Of a stretch of 37,687 nucleotides of DNA, positions 10,242 through 22,381 are shown one piece after another. Below the pieces are notes generated by a model. The model made no database searches. It was not told the origin of the DNA and saw only the letters and a program-made list of their open reading frames with translations. The stretch's first letter is position 1. Every line of letters begins with the position of its first letter. The position numbers were made by a program, and so were the translations under genes. Source of the DNA: Nemertoderma westbladi (taxonomy: Eukaryota; Animalia; Xenacoelomorpha); the NCBI GenBank assembly GCA_032718475.1, contig JAUCBJ010000849.1:1-37687 (forward strand), written 5' to 3'.

Positions 10242-11732
10242 AGGTAAAAGGTATAGACCTAGAAATACTATCTGATACGTTGTATGTCCGCAACTTACCT
10301 CCTCATGGCCTCCCATCTCTCAATACCATCATATGCTACCACTGTGCTCAACCCTACTGTACTTGGCCGTATTGTCGTCGTTATACGACGTACTTCACTA
10401 CTTGCTCTGTATTCTTTATTCCCCTTGTGAGACTTGCGACACTGTAACTAGAGGGGTGAGCGCTCCCCACGTTATAAATGGAGAAAATCACTAATGCTTA
10501 TACCCGAAACCAACTTTTGTGTTGTACAATTTTATACACTCAAGGGTAAAGTGAAAGTATTGTTGATAGCTGTATCCTAGCAACACTACTAAATACAATA
10601 AATATTTTTGCTCGATTTTTTTTGAGATTAGGCCAACACATTTTTACATTTTATTTTATTATCTTTAAAACAACTTCTTCTTTATTTTATTTATCTATTG
10701 TAATACAAGGCAGGTTCGTTTTTAAAGAGTACAACTACTTAGTTTGATTTCAGTTAGTTTTCTGTTGTAAGAAGGGGATGGAGGATAATCTACTAAGGAG
10801 ATTTACATCCTCGGGCCAAATCTTAGAGGAAGAAATGCCCGGGCGATCTCATAAAGTAGGAAAATACCGACCTTAATGGTTTTCTCGACCCAAAATGATA
10901 CTCAACTCACAGACGCGATATCTTATTTTACTACTAATGTAACATATAATGAATTTACTATCTGGTAATTCAGTGACGTAATTCAGTGACCTTCCTTCAG
11001 AAATTTGAATGAGGTTATCTTGGCAACAACATTATAGATATTCAAGAACTATAATAATTTATCACCTTCACTTTATCTGCTAAAATGGTTAGGTGGACAT
11101 GATATATTGAAATAGTGCGGTAAATACTGAGTTACCCAAACACTATTATCCTATCTATTGAACCCGAATGAATAACTTCCCACTAATTTATGGAGCGATT
11201 AATAAAGACGATCAATAATATCTTATATCTATTGGACAATTTTAAAAATTATTTTGAACCTCTAGGTGGCGCTGCGAATTTGTCGAAATTTGTTGGCAAA
11301 TGTTTTAATAATTAATTGTTGGCATTATTACTAATATTTCAAATGGTTGTCTTATTCTGTTGATAATAGTAACCATGCGCATAAAGTGTAGTTAATTTCA
11401 TAATATTTATTAATTACATGGGAAAAGTAGAACTTTTATTCATTGTTCTCGAGACATTTTATTTACCGAGCGCCAGCGAAGTTAATAAAGTGTCGAGAGA
11501 ATATTGAAAAATAGATGTTCTACGTTTATTCCCATGTGATACGTAATTTTGTTCTTAAATTGGTACTTTTTTCCAATTATTGTACTCTTCAACTCCTGAT
11601 GCTGCCTTACTTAATGTTAAATAAATTATCTATTGTGTAATCCCGATATACTGTACGTGTTTGAATGCTTTATATATATATATCTCTTACCGGTATGCCA
11701 TACTGACTTATGATTATTATACAGATTACACT

Positions 11733-11760
11733 TGGCGCAGTGTGTAGGATACGAACCTAC
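11733..11760 (+). promoter_or_regulatory. Primer-binding site complementary to a tRNA 3' end (Ser-like), extended through the T-arm
   Basis: Reverse complement GTAGG-TTCGTAT-CCTAC-ACACTGC-G-CCA: perfect T-stem, G discriminator, CCA. Confidence 0.85.
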
Positions 11761-11958
11761 TACTGTACTACAGTACTACCTCTGTACCGGTAGGTCTTCC
11801 CTACCCACAGACCCACTACGACTGTACGATGTACTATCTGCTGTATCTGACTGCTGCACTGACTGACACGTCAAGCTGGTAAATAGTACCGGTACTGTTC
11901 AATATTATTTATATTAGCCTATATTCTGATATTGGATCCATTTCTAACACTCTACCGA

Positions 11959-12825
11959 ATGGCTAACGACCACCGAGACCCCCACTCATTTATCCTCCGC
12001 TGCGTTCCCCCCACCTTCGACATCGACTCCGAACAGTCGACGTGGGACCTGTGGAGAGATGAGTGGGACGCGTTCCTGGTCACGTCCGGCATGGAAAACC
12101 TGCGGACTGCCGACCCCAACAATCCACCGGACCCCACAGTATCAGCAGAACTACTGCGCGTAACGAATCGCCAACGGCGGGCCGCCCTAACCACGGCATT
12201 CTCGCGCAGCACGAACGCTATCGTGAAGGGTCTCGGTTTGTCGGCAGCAGACAACCAAAACGCCGCTACTGTGATCGCCTCCCTAGACACCCACATTAAA
12301 GGAGGAACCAACAAGCGGGTGCACCGCCAAGAACTGACCTGGCGCGCCCGACTGACCGAGGAGACCCCAGAAGCATTCCTCGTTAATCTGCGAGAAATCG
12401 CAGCCAAGTGCGGCTTCGAGGCACTCCCTTCCACTGACGCCCACTTCAATGAACGGCTCCTCGATCAATTCATTGCAGGTTTTAGCAATAAGGAGGTGAC
12501 AGAGCAACTGCTCCTCCTCCCCAATGGCAGCTCCATCACCGCCGCCCTACACCTCGCCCAGTCCGTCTGGACCGCCCGCAAGGACGCCGCAACGATATCT
12601 GCCCCTGCTGCACCAACCCCAGTGACACCCGCAGCCTCGCGGGCCAACGTACCACCACGCAACCGCCCACCTGGAAACCGACGCAACCGGAACCCCACAT
12701 TGGCCTCGCGTTGCACCAACTGTGGCTACCCACCCCACGGACCCGGTGAATCCTGCCCCGGCACCAACGCCCGCTGCCGCCACTGCAACAAATTGGGGCA
12801 TTACAACAGGATGTGCCCCCGCTAA
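11959..12825 (+). CDS. gag: Retrotransposon Gag with two C-terminal zinc knuckles
   Basis: ATG 11959; W..W...W..F N-terminal motif, FLVNLREIAAKCGF..RLLDQFIAG, CTNCGYPPHGPGESC and CRHCNKLGHYNRMC. Confidence 0.9.
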   Translation: MANDHRDPHSFILRCVPPTFDIDSEQSTWDLWRDEWDAFLVTSGMENLRTADPNNPPDPTVSAELLRVTNRQRRAALTTAFSRSTNAIVKGLGLSAADNQNAATVIASLDTHIKGGTNKRVHRQELTWRARLTEETPEAFLVNLREIAAKCGFEALPSTDAHFNERLLDQFIAGFSNKEVTEQLLLLPNGSSITAALHLAQSVWTARKDAATISAPAAPTPVTPAASRANVPPRNRPPGNRRNRNPTLASRCTNCGYPPHGPGESCPGTNARCRHCNKLGHYNRMCPR

Positions 12826-15803
12826 TGCGAGCCCCAGTACCACCCTCCCACCCTCACACAGAGGAGGACGCGGCCTATTCTGGCACTGCCGAGGTGTGGT
12901 CGATCCTTTCAGGCACTGAACTGGAGAGCGCCCCCATCATTTCTGCCTCAGAGCAACTGGAGGCTATGGAAACGGTGACTGTGGGCCTCCAAGTCACCAA
13001 GAACCCAAAGTTTGGTTTCAAGGAGCTCCAGTTCCTCCCGGACTCCTGCGCCAACATAACCGCCATCCCTTTCCGGATCTTCTTGGCGTTCGGTGGGACC
13101 ACTGCTAACCTCCGCCTAACCAACTCGGCGATCCAACCACCCCGATTAGCCAATGGTAGTCGTTCAGGGTGGTTATTCAAAGGAGTATTCCAGGCTACCA
13201 TCCAGTGCCACTTGCTGCATACAGCTTGCACCACGGAAGTCTGGGTCCTGAACGGCCTACACCAGCCACTGCTATCCCGCAGAACTTGTTTCCTTTTAGG
13301 CATCCTCCAGAGCCCGATTCTCCGTGGCGGCCAGCCACCCACTCGCAGCGCAGCCCTGCCACAATGCGCACCAACCACCAGCTACACCCTGCAGGCACAG
13401 CCGCCACCTCCAACTCCCACCACCCAGCCACGACCTCCCGTTACTGGGCCGCCACCGGCGCTGTGGGAGTCCCTCGTTGCCAGGTTCCCCCGCCCTCTTT
13501 CAGGGATTTGCAGGGTGATGCGGGGCGGCGACATAACAATTAAAATGATGCCTGGGGAGAAACCCTCCTTCCACTACGCGAACCGCGTTATCCCCGCCAA
13601 CCTCGAGGCCGCCTTTGAAAAGGAGCTGGACGAGCATGTCGCCATGGGAATCCTGGAGCCGGCAGACGATGAGAATGACCCGAGTGAGTGGCTCAGCCCC
13701 ATGGTAGTAACCCGGAAAAAGGACGGAACCTCGGTCCGGATTACAGTCGACCTCCGGGAGCTGAACCGCCACACCGTCCGGCCCTCCTACATCGCGCCGT
13801 CCCCCTTCCAGGTTGTATCCCGCATCCCCCCAACGGCGCGCTGCTTCACGATGGCTACCTCAACACCAGACGGCGTTCGAGTCGACCCGGGCAGTCCTGT
13901 CCAGCCCCCACTTCCTCTCTGGATTCCACCCTGACCGCCGGACAGAACACCTCACGGACGCATCCCGCATTAACGGCCTCGGGTTCGTTCTCCGCCAGTG
14001 GGACACAAGTGCAAACCGTTGGCTCACGGTCCAGTGCGGCTCCCGGACCCTCGCCAAATACGAGGCCAACTGGTCTGGGATGGCCGAATTGGAGGCCCTC
14101 GGTGCAAGTGTCGTTACTTTCTCGATGGGTTGCGTCACTTCGAGATAGTCACGGATTGCAGCCCATTGATCCCCATCCTCAATGACCGCCGTCTGGACCA
14201 GGTGAGTAACGACCGACTTCTCAAACTCAAAACCCTGCTGTCCCGCTACAACTTAACAGCAAGACACCAGAAGGGGTTGAAACACCTGATCGCGGATGCC
14301 TTCTCCCGCGCACCACGCCACACCCCCCAGCCCGACGACCTCCTGCTCTCCGCTAAAGACGACGCCGACCGTGAGTTTATCGTTAACACCGCGTGCGACG
14401 AGATCCCGTCAGTTGAGTCCCGAGACGCCCGCCTCCAACAGGTCAGGGACGTCGGCCAACGTGACCCTGTATACCGGGCCCTGTTATCCATAATAAGGGA
14501 GGGCTGGCCGACCTCCAAACACAATGTGGAGGACGACCTCATCCGGCCTTACTTCGCGCACCGCACTGAACTGATGGTTCACGATGGCATCATCCTCCGT
14601 GGACCACAGCTCTACATCCCAGTCGAGATGCGCCCGGAGACCCTCCACCAGCTCCACGCCACCCACCAGGGTCTCAACAAGACCCGGGACCGAGCCAGCC
14701 GGTCTGTTTGGTGGCCCTCTATCGCCCACGACGTCAAACAGGTGGTAGAGCGATGCCAATCATGTCAGACAACCCTCCCGTCCCACGCGGCGGAACCACT
14801 CCAACGTAACCCGGATGCAACCCGCCCATTCCAACGAGTCCATGCCGACCTCCTCCAAGTCGACCAGACCAACTATTTCGTGGTCACCGACGAGTTCACC
14901 GGCTGGCCGACGTTATTCCGATTGAACGCGAACACAACGTCCACCCCCATTGTGAATTGCCTACGCAAGCTGTTCCTCGCCACACCGGTGCCTACCATCT
15001 TCCACCCAGATGGTGGAACACAACTCGTTTCCGAGGAGGTGAAAAAGTTTCTCCGGCAGTGGGGTGTTACCCTGGAACCATCCAGCCCCCACCTCCCCCG
15101 CACCAATGGTCGAGCGGAGGCTGCCGTGAAGGCCGTGAAGAAGATAATCCGTGGTGCCAAACACGATTCGGACGGGATAGCACGCGGGATACTGGCGTTC
15201 CGAAACACTCCACGTTACGGCGGACGCTCACCCGCCGAACTACTTTACGGCCACAATATCCGCGAGTTCCTCCCCGTCCACTTCACCGCATTAGACGAGA
15301 AGTGGCGCAAGACGTTCCACCAACTCGACGCAATTGCGGAAACCACACGTGAAAAACTGTTAGCAAACTACAACTGCCACACGAAGCCGCTGGAGGCGCT
15401 GCCAACCGGTCACCCCGTCCTTATACAGGACCCCCGCGACAGGCGATGGACCGGACACGGAACCATAGTCGAGGCCATGCCCAACCATGACTACCTTGTG
15501 CGACAGGGAAGCGGCCGTGTCCTGAGGCGCAACCGCGTTTTCCTACGCACGCGGCAATTTACAGCGCCACCTAGCGGCCTCCCCACACCATCAACCGAGA
15601 GACAGCCACCAACAGCACCACAGCCCAACCCACCATCAGACCCCAAACCTAACTGGAGCGAGGTCGCCAGCCGCCCAGCGCTGGCTCAGGCACAGCCACC
15701 GGCACCTACCCCACATGTGGCGCCCCCTAACGGCACCCGTACCCACACCCAATCGGGGAGAACCATCAGACCTCCCCAACGCTATGCAAATAGCAACTAT
15801 TAA
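12825..15803 (+). pseudogene. pol: Retrotransposon pol, disrupted: protease, N-terminal RT only, frameshifted RNase H, open integrase
   Basis: FLPDSCANIT (protease), SEWLSPMVVTRKKDG..RITVDLRELN (RT start; no YxDD core), TDAS..GLG..AELEAL and VTD..ADAFSR (RNase H), H..H..C..C and HAD/PDGG/NGRAE (integrase). Confidence 0.9.
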
Positions 15804-16303
15804 AAAACTATCGCATACTACTGTATTAAATAAACACATTACCAAACTCACTACAAAGCGTACTCGTAACCCCCACCCACCCCACCCACCACCAGGGGGG
15901 TATGTGTAATCCCGGTATACTGTACGTGTTTGAAGGCCTTATATATATATCTCTTACCGGTACGCCATACTGACTTATGATTATTATACAGATTACACTT
16001 CTATGAGACTGTATATGGTTTGTAAATATGCTACCCGGGTGTAGCTGAGAATTTCCACCCCCCGGTTAAAATTCACTAGTGTATATTTTAACCCCACGGT
16101 TAGAATTCCAGTTCACTTGGGTATTTTAACCGGGGGTGAGACTACACTGGGTGATTTTTAGTGAAATTTAACCCCCCTCGCCCTCCTCAGTGTATTCTTA
16201 CCCCCCATGGTAATTTAAAGTTCAATATAATTTAAATTCAATATAAACCTACTACTTGTATTTTATTTATTAATCAAGCACGTTAAGTAAAAACCTTACC
16301 GGT

Positions 16304-16518
16304 AGGTATGTCAGTGCCAAAGTATGTAAAAAACTAAAAAGCAACAAGACCTAGACGTTGCATGTGTAAAGGCTTTTGCGGGATTGGCTAGTCATTTTTT
16401 CCCTGCGAAGTACTCTTTAGATGTTTTAAAGGACATAAAAGTCGTTTCCTTACTGTACCGGTATTTTAGTGGACATAAAAAGCTATTTTTCTGTATGTGT
16501 ACTTTGGCGGACATAACT
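16304..16518. mobile_element. Possible small MITE
   Basis: ggtatgtcagtgccaaagta at left versus tactttggcggacataac at right (imperfect inverted repeats); no TSD found. Confidence 0.35.
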
Positions 16519-18086
16519 AGCAATCCTATGTCGCAATACGCCATAATACTCTCTACACAGTGTAGTTCAGATTACGACATCTATCAGCTGATTTGGTGTA
16601 CTCGTGGAACTTTCTTTGTTCAGGCCCACTCTGTGCAATCACTCGACCAATCAGCGTGATTTTCAGTTTATTACACAGAGGCCTCCGGGAAATCGCGCAA
16701 TGCATTACGGTTTATGTTTACCTTTTTTCCTGATGCCACGAACATCGGCTGTGGAATAATTCTGTGTTTCAGACTTTAGCCAAACATTAGAACGGCTTGA
16801 TTACCGGAACGTATAACTGTTACCAAGCCAAGTCTTACGGTACCACCGTGCACTCAATGCATTATGGCCTTTCACCGCATTATTTTACTGCTATTTACTG
16901 TCGGTTATTAATTGTATCAGTTGATGGAATATTATTATATTTGGATAATATCGAGAAAGAATCATAAAAACCCCATCTTCTTGATATACTGAAGGTAAGA
17001 GACAGGTTACATATAGCAATTGCGACTCATATTATATTGGTTTTGGAGTGAATCTAATGCTATTTCATAGGCACTACATGGGTCAATTGCTGTTCTCTTT
17101 ATATGTGACTAAAATTAGTAAAGGTCGGCAGATTGGTGTGCAGTATTGTGCGATAGAGTGCATGGTTTGACTGGTAACTAAGCATCTCCTAAAGAATGCG
17201 CCTTATACGTGAATCATAAGCCATACCGTTGTGTTTAGTATAAGTCATAACTCTGTTTACATAATTAGAGCGCCACGTCCTAAAGGAACTGTTAATATTT
17301 CCCGAAAGTGAATAATATTTGTCAGAGATTATATATTAACGATCAATCGAATAATACAGTAGGCTTACAACGCAATAAGGTCAAGTCTTCCGAATCCAGT
17401 CTCCCGGGTATATCCAGCGGGTGAATGGTCGCGCACTAGGCTGGCTTCGGCTAATGTAGTGTTTATTTGTATCAAGTACTTGTCATAGGCTAAAGTCGAT
17501 TTATAATCTAGAAGACATATAAATTTGGCAGGTTAAACTGCTAAAGGTCTTAAAAGCGCGAACAGCATGCAATCAGCTGACAGCAGCCAACTGATCGGTA
17601 GGTTTCGCCCCGAAACTGAAGGCATTCTCAGGAGACCAAGCCAGGAAATGTAGAGAGAGATTCCCAAAGGGGGACGGAACAGGTAACGAAATGAAGATAT
17701 GTCTGTAACTAACCACTGGGTAGCAGCACCGTAAACTTGCACAAGTCACTTTCTGCTTGATACCTACCTACATGCAGTTAAGACCACAGGAGACGGGGTG
17801 GGGGTGGGGGGGGTGGGGGGGGAACTCGACTAAACCCGACCCTTAATATCCTGCCTCAATGATAAATTCTCAATTTAGAGGAAGGAGCAGGTTACAGTGG
17901 CGCGTTATTTTAACCAAAACAATAAAGTAAACACAATAGAAAAGGTTACAGTTTTATTATTGAGAGTAATCAACTTTTATTTGCGTCCAATTTCCCCTGG
18001 AGAGGGATGAATATTAATTTCATTGCGTCCAGTTTCCCCCCCTAACTGGACCACAGATACACATATGTGTACCGACCACATATATG

Positions 18087-18144
18087 CAGGGGCAGATTAA
18101 GGACATGGCGGCCCGGGGTGCACTTTTTCACAGCTCCACCCCCA

Positions 18145-18175
<31 letters not shown>

Positions 18176-20753
18176 GTATCTGTGTTATGCATTGCGGCAA
18201 AACAGAGCTTTTTTTTTACAAATTTAAGTTTGTGCGACAAGTGAAAAATCAAGTCCAGTCTCATTTAAAAATTATATAATATATATAATTATATGACTTT
18301 ACAAATAAAACATTAATTAATAAATTAAAACTAGTTTAACTAATTAATTAAAAAATTAAAGTAGTAAAATGTATTGGCCGCAAATATATACAATTATGAG
18401 AAATATTATTAACAACACAGTTGTTGCAGTTACAATACTAAATACTACTGGTTAATACGCAGATACTACTACTACTACTACTACTAGGATCGGCATGCTT
18501 CGTTGCAGCTGCATTTTTAAGAATGCTGTGCCGGCTTATCAACAAAATTGCACAGCCACAACTCCCTATCACCCATGACATTTTCTAGATCATCCGCATC
18601 TTCAAGGCCAGTGTCCTTTAAGATGCGTCTCAAGAAAGTCATGGGCTGTCCACCATGCTTATTCACTCCATGAGGCTGCCAAAGTACAAGATTATGCACT
18701 GGCTGGTCCTCACGGCGAGAGCAATGTCCTGCAAAGCGGAGGCGGCTCCGTTTATATTAACTCAACAGTATCTCGTAGTCCATAAACTTTACACGGACTT
18801 TAATGTGATAAATAATGTGATCGCTACCACAAACTGGTTCAGCCCTTTTTTGCCTTTTGTAGCAATCAACGGGTTGGCAGGCGCACCCACTATCTGATTT
18901 CATACGAGAGTTAAATGCGAACTGTATACCTGTACAGTACTGTATAAAGACATACCAGTAAACGACAGTACGAAATACGGTATACTGCTGCAGGACAGCT
19001 ACTGTATCAGCTAGGCAATAAGTAGGCCTACAGTACTTGTTTAGTTTCATTATCAACGTCAAGAATGATGACGACAAGGATGGTCCAACATATTGTTTAA
19101 TGTTTAGTGCAGTGTTCCAGTGTTGTATACTTTGTATACGTTTTCTACATTTCATATTTAAAAACGCTGTATACTTTGGAAAAATATGGTGATTCTTTGT
19201 GTGTATACTTAGTAGAATTTTATGTATACTTTGTAACAAATCACATCACATTTCCAAAGTATTCACCACCATTACCTAAAAGTTTCTCTATTAATGGAGA
19301 ATAATTCAAAGTCAAAGTATTCTTGCCGATTGTAGTTAGAATATTCGATATCTCCGCGAAATTCTGCATCGTTTGGTGGGTCAGTTGATATAAACCCGAG
19401 TTTTCTTCCTAAATATTTTATATGAATTAATGTGGATCCAAAGATACAAGTTTATATCCTTTAGCAACTTCGAGAAGATGAATTGTTCCTGTTTGAAATA
19501 GGGTCAATATCATGACAAATTGTATACAGCATTCAAATCCTGAATTATCCGGCTTTCAAATGAGCTATCATGCATGTGCACACTATGTTCACACGAAGTG
19601 TCATGCGCCATTAAAAAATGTTATTCTTTACCAAAAATTTACTTTTATTGCATCCCCTATCGTTTACTATGCACAATTTAACGAATAATACCTGGAGTAT
19701 GTCTTGATGTGTCTAAAATTGTCAGACAACACTTCCAGAATACATATAAACATAAAAGACCCGAGTTGTTTATCTTGGTCCTGAATGAAAAGAAAGCAAA
19801 ATTGCTATATAAAAGTAATATTTTCCAAAGTATACCATTTGGTAGACACAAAGGGGGTGATATTTGTCTGTATCATAAGGGGTGTTAGTTTTATCAGATT
19901 TTAATGATTCTTAACAGAAGCGGAATATAAAAACATTTCGAATGAGCCCTGGTTCACGAAAATTGGTTGAAAACTTCAAAAGTTATGAGTATTTATATAG
20001 AAAACATGTAAGTGTAACGCTTTTTTTAAACAGGACCATAATATATAGCATTGTGTTACCATTATTAGAGGGAAGCCTTATTGTATAAGCTCACTGGGAT
20101 ACCCCAACCGTCGAGTCAGACAGCCAATAGAATAAATTCACCTTCAATATACAGTACTATGTGTATCCTTGTCTGTGCCACTAATGAACTGCATATACCC
20201 CATGTTAAATAAATACATGTTCTGGAATGAATATTTACGACATTGGCTGCGCTCCCGTTCGCGTTGACTACTAATGGCCCTCCTATTTAGTTTCACTGGC
20301 ATTCTTAACATCGTACTGTACAGTTGCAATACATGTTAGCATTGGTTAGCATTAGGCCCACACATAGGGTTGCCCAATACCCAGCCGGCTACTCCTACTC
20401 CAGTTGCCACACAACCAATATAATTAACTCATGTTTACTTTACTATGTTTCTACTTGTTTCTGCCACTACGAGCTGAATTTTTCACCCCATGTTAAAGAA
20501 ATATATGTTCTGGAATGGATATTTAATGACATGGGCGATGCGCTAGATAAAATAACGATAGATAATAGCATTATTGTTCCAAGGCAAAGGTGATTTAATA
20601 ACAAAATGTGGCTTATTCCGTTAAAAAGAATGTAATAAATAATGTAGAAAATAATGTACTTTATACATTAAATTGCCAAAAGCACCTGGCGGCCCCTTGG
20701 CGGCGGCGGCCCGGTGCACCTGCACCCATTGCATCCTCCTTAATACGCCCCTG
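18087..20753. mobile_element. Non-autonomous hAT-like DNA transposon with nested fragments
   Basis: TIRs CAGGGGCAGATTAAGG / CCTTAATACGCCCCTG (14/16); subterminal GGCGGCCC motifs; flanks catatatg/cacttatg (6/8, degenerate 8-bp TSD). Confidence 0.65.
18466..18750 (-). mobile_element. 3' fragment of an RTE-like LINE with (TAG)7 tail
   Basis: Minus strand RLRFAGHC..VHNLVLWQP..G..D.GL..MGDRELW, homologous to the C-terminus of the 27.1-29.0 kb LINE; (CTA)7 at 18466-18486. Confidence 0.8.
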
Positions 20754-21417
20754 CACTTATGTACCTCTAGTACACAGACAAACACACGCTGGAGATTTGT
20801 ATATAGTAAAGTACTGTAGAAGATACAAAAAATATACACTGGGAGTGAGAAAACACTAGTGGAATTTAACCGGGAATGGATTTGCATACAGAGTGAAAAT
20901 TTATAAATGCAGGGGTGAATTTTCACTGGAGGAGGTTAAAATAAACTAGGGAAAATACACCCCGCGAGTGAGACATAGTGAATTTTAACCGGGGGGGGGG
21001 GGGGGGGATTTTGTATGGGATGGGGAGCAGGGGCGGATCCAGAAATTTAGTTTCTATGGTGCGGACAATTTGTGAAGTTTATCTTTTGGTCTAATGGCGC
21101 TACCCCAGCGGTATCCGGGGGGCAGAACCCCTGTTGCCCTGCTGGGGCTAAAGTGGGACGGGCTCCCACCCCGGATTTTTATTTAGATTTTAATATATTT
21201 TCAAGCAAAAATAATAAAATATTTCAATCGATTATCTGACATTTTCTTTTGATAACTTAAAATGTTTTTTCAAAATTTTAAAATAGTTATTTTACTCATT
21301 AAACATTTAAAGGATTGGCAGTTATTAATTCTAGGAGATGAAATAATAATAATTTATTTAAATCATGGGCCTATACAGTATATTGAATAATAATTAGTAA
21401 CTAATTACTAACTAATA

Positions 21418-21590
21418 AGCAGCTTAGTCTAGTGGTGATTCCTGGGCTTCCATTCAGGAAGCCTTGGTTCGATCCCTAGATGGGGCAGGACTATTTGGGC
21501 ACTGAGCTTTAAATACTGCAGCCTAGCCCAGCTCGGGCTTTCATCCTTGGATGGTTGGTATAGGGGAACCAAGGCAACTTGGGAAACAAA
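21418..21590 (+). mobile_element. tRNA-derived SINE head and core (Deu/Nin-domain-like)
   Basis: A-box TAGTCTAGTGG, B-box GGTTCGATCCC, then gggctttcatccttggatggttggtataggggaacc resembling the Nin/Deu core (from memory). Confidence 0.6.
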
Positions 21591-22381
21591 GTAGAAGGGT
21601 TTACTGTGGAAGATCACCCATGGTGGTGAACAGGCATTCCTTTAGGAAACAGTGGAATGGTTTAATGTGGAAGATCACCCATGGTGGTGAACCAGCATTC
21701 CTTTAGGAAACAGAATGGTAGGGTTTATTGTGGAAGATCACCCATGGTGGTGAACAGGCATTCCTTAAGGAAACAGAGTGGAATGGTTTAATGTGGAAGA
21801 TCACCCATGGTGGTGAACAGGCATTCCTTTAGGAAACAGAGTGGAAGGGTTTACTGTGGAAGATCACCCATGGTGGTGAACATGCATTCCTTTAGGAACC
21901 AGAGTGGAAGGGTCTACTGTGGAAGATCACCTATGGTGGTGAACAGGCATTCCACTTGGAAACAGAGTGGAAGGGTTTACCGTGGAAGATCACCCATGGT
22001 GGTGAACAGGCATTCCTTTAGGAACCAGAGTGGAAGGGTTTACTGTGGAAGATCACCCATGGTGGTGAACAGGCATTCCTTTAAGAACCAGAGTGGAAGG
22101 GTTTACTGTGGAAGATCACCCATGGTGGTGAACAGGCATTCCTTTAGGAAACAGAGTGGAAGGGTTTACTGTGGAAGATCAACCATGGTGGGGAACAGGC
22201 ATTCCTTTAGGAAACAGAGTGGAAGGGTTTTACTGTGGAAGATCACCCATGGTGGTGAACATGCATTCCTTTAGGAAACAGATTGGAAGGGTTTACTGTG
22301 GAAGATCACCCATGGTGGTGAACAGGCATTCCTTTAGGAACCAGAGTGGAATGGATTAATGTGGAGATCGCCCATGGTGGT
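21580..22381. repeat. 63-bp minisatellite, ~13 copies (last truncated)
   Basis: Unit aggaaacagagtggaagggtttactgtggaagatcacccatggtggtgaacaggcattccttt; 13 GATC anchors from 21612 to 22366. Confidence 0.95.

Larger units (their letters stand above)
883..10868 (+). repeat. Tandem segmental duplication, copy A (~10.0 kb)
   Basis: Begins gacctcaatggttttctcgaccc; the same sequence restarts at 10869; TRIM, 61-bp array, LTR-gag, kinectin exons and downstream DNA recur colinearly in copy B. Confidence 0.93.
11634..15999 (+). mobile_element. Ty3/Gypsy LTR retrotransposon (Mag-like), internally deleted; LTRs 11634-11732 and 15903-15999; TSD TCTAT
   Basis: 99/97-bp LTRs differing by 4 substitutions and one TA; PBS at 11733; PPT AGGGGGG 15894-15900; tctat at 11629-11633 and 16000-16004; empty site in copy A near 1713-1717; PR-RT-RH-IN order. 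Confidence 0.95.

Noticed and set aside
11952-15909. Many overlapping and antisense ORFs in the retrotransposon
   Set aside because: Shadow frames of GC-rich gag/pol with no independent motifs.
17590-17637. Hammerhead ribozyme on the minus strand (CTGAGAA-stem-GAAA)
   Set aside because: Core has a C3/A8 mismatch and I could not form stems I and III; an Infernal search would settle it.
21580-22381. CRISPR array, or the 155-aa repeat ORF as a protein
   Set aside because: Contiguous units with no unique spacers, no cas genes, eukaryotic context; ORF is a by-product of a 63-nt unit and is broken by indels.
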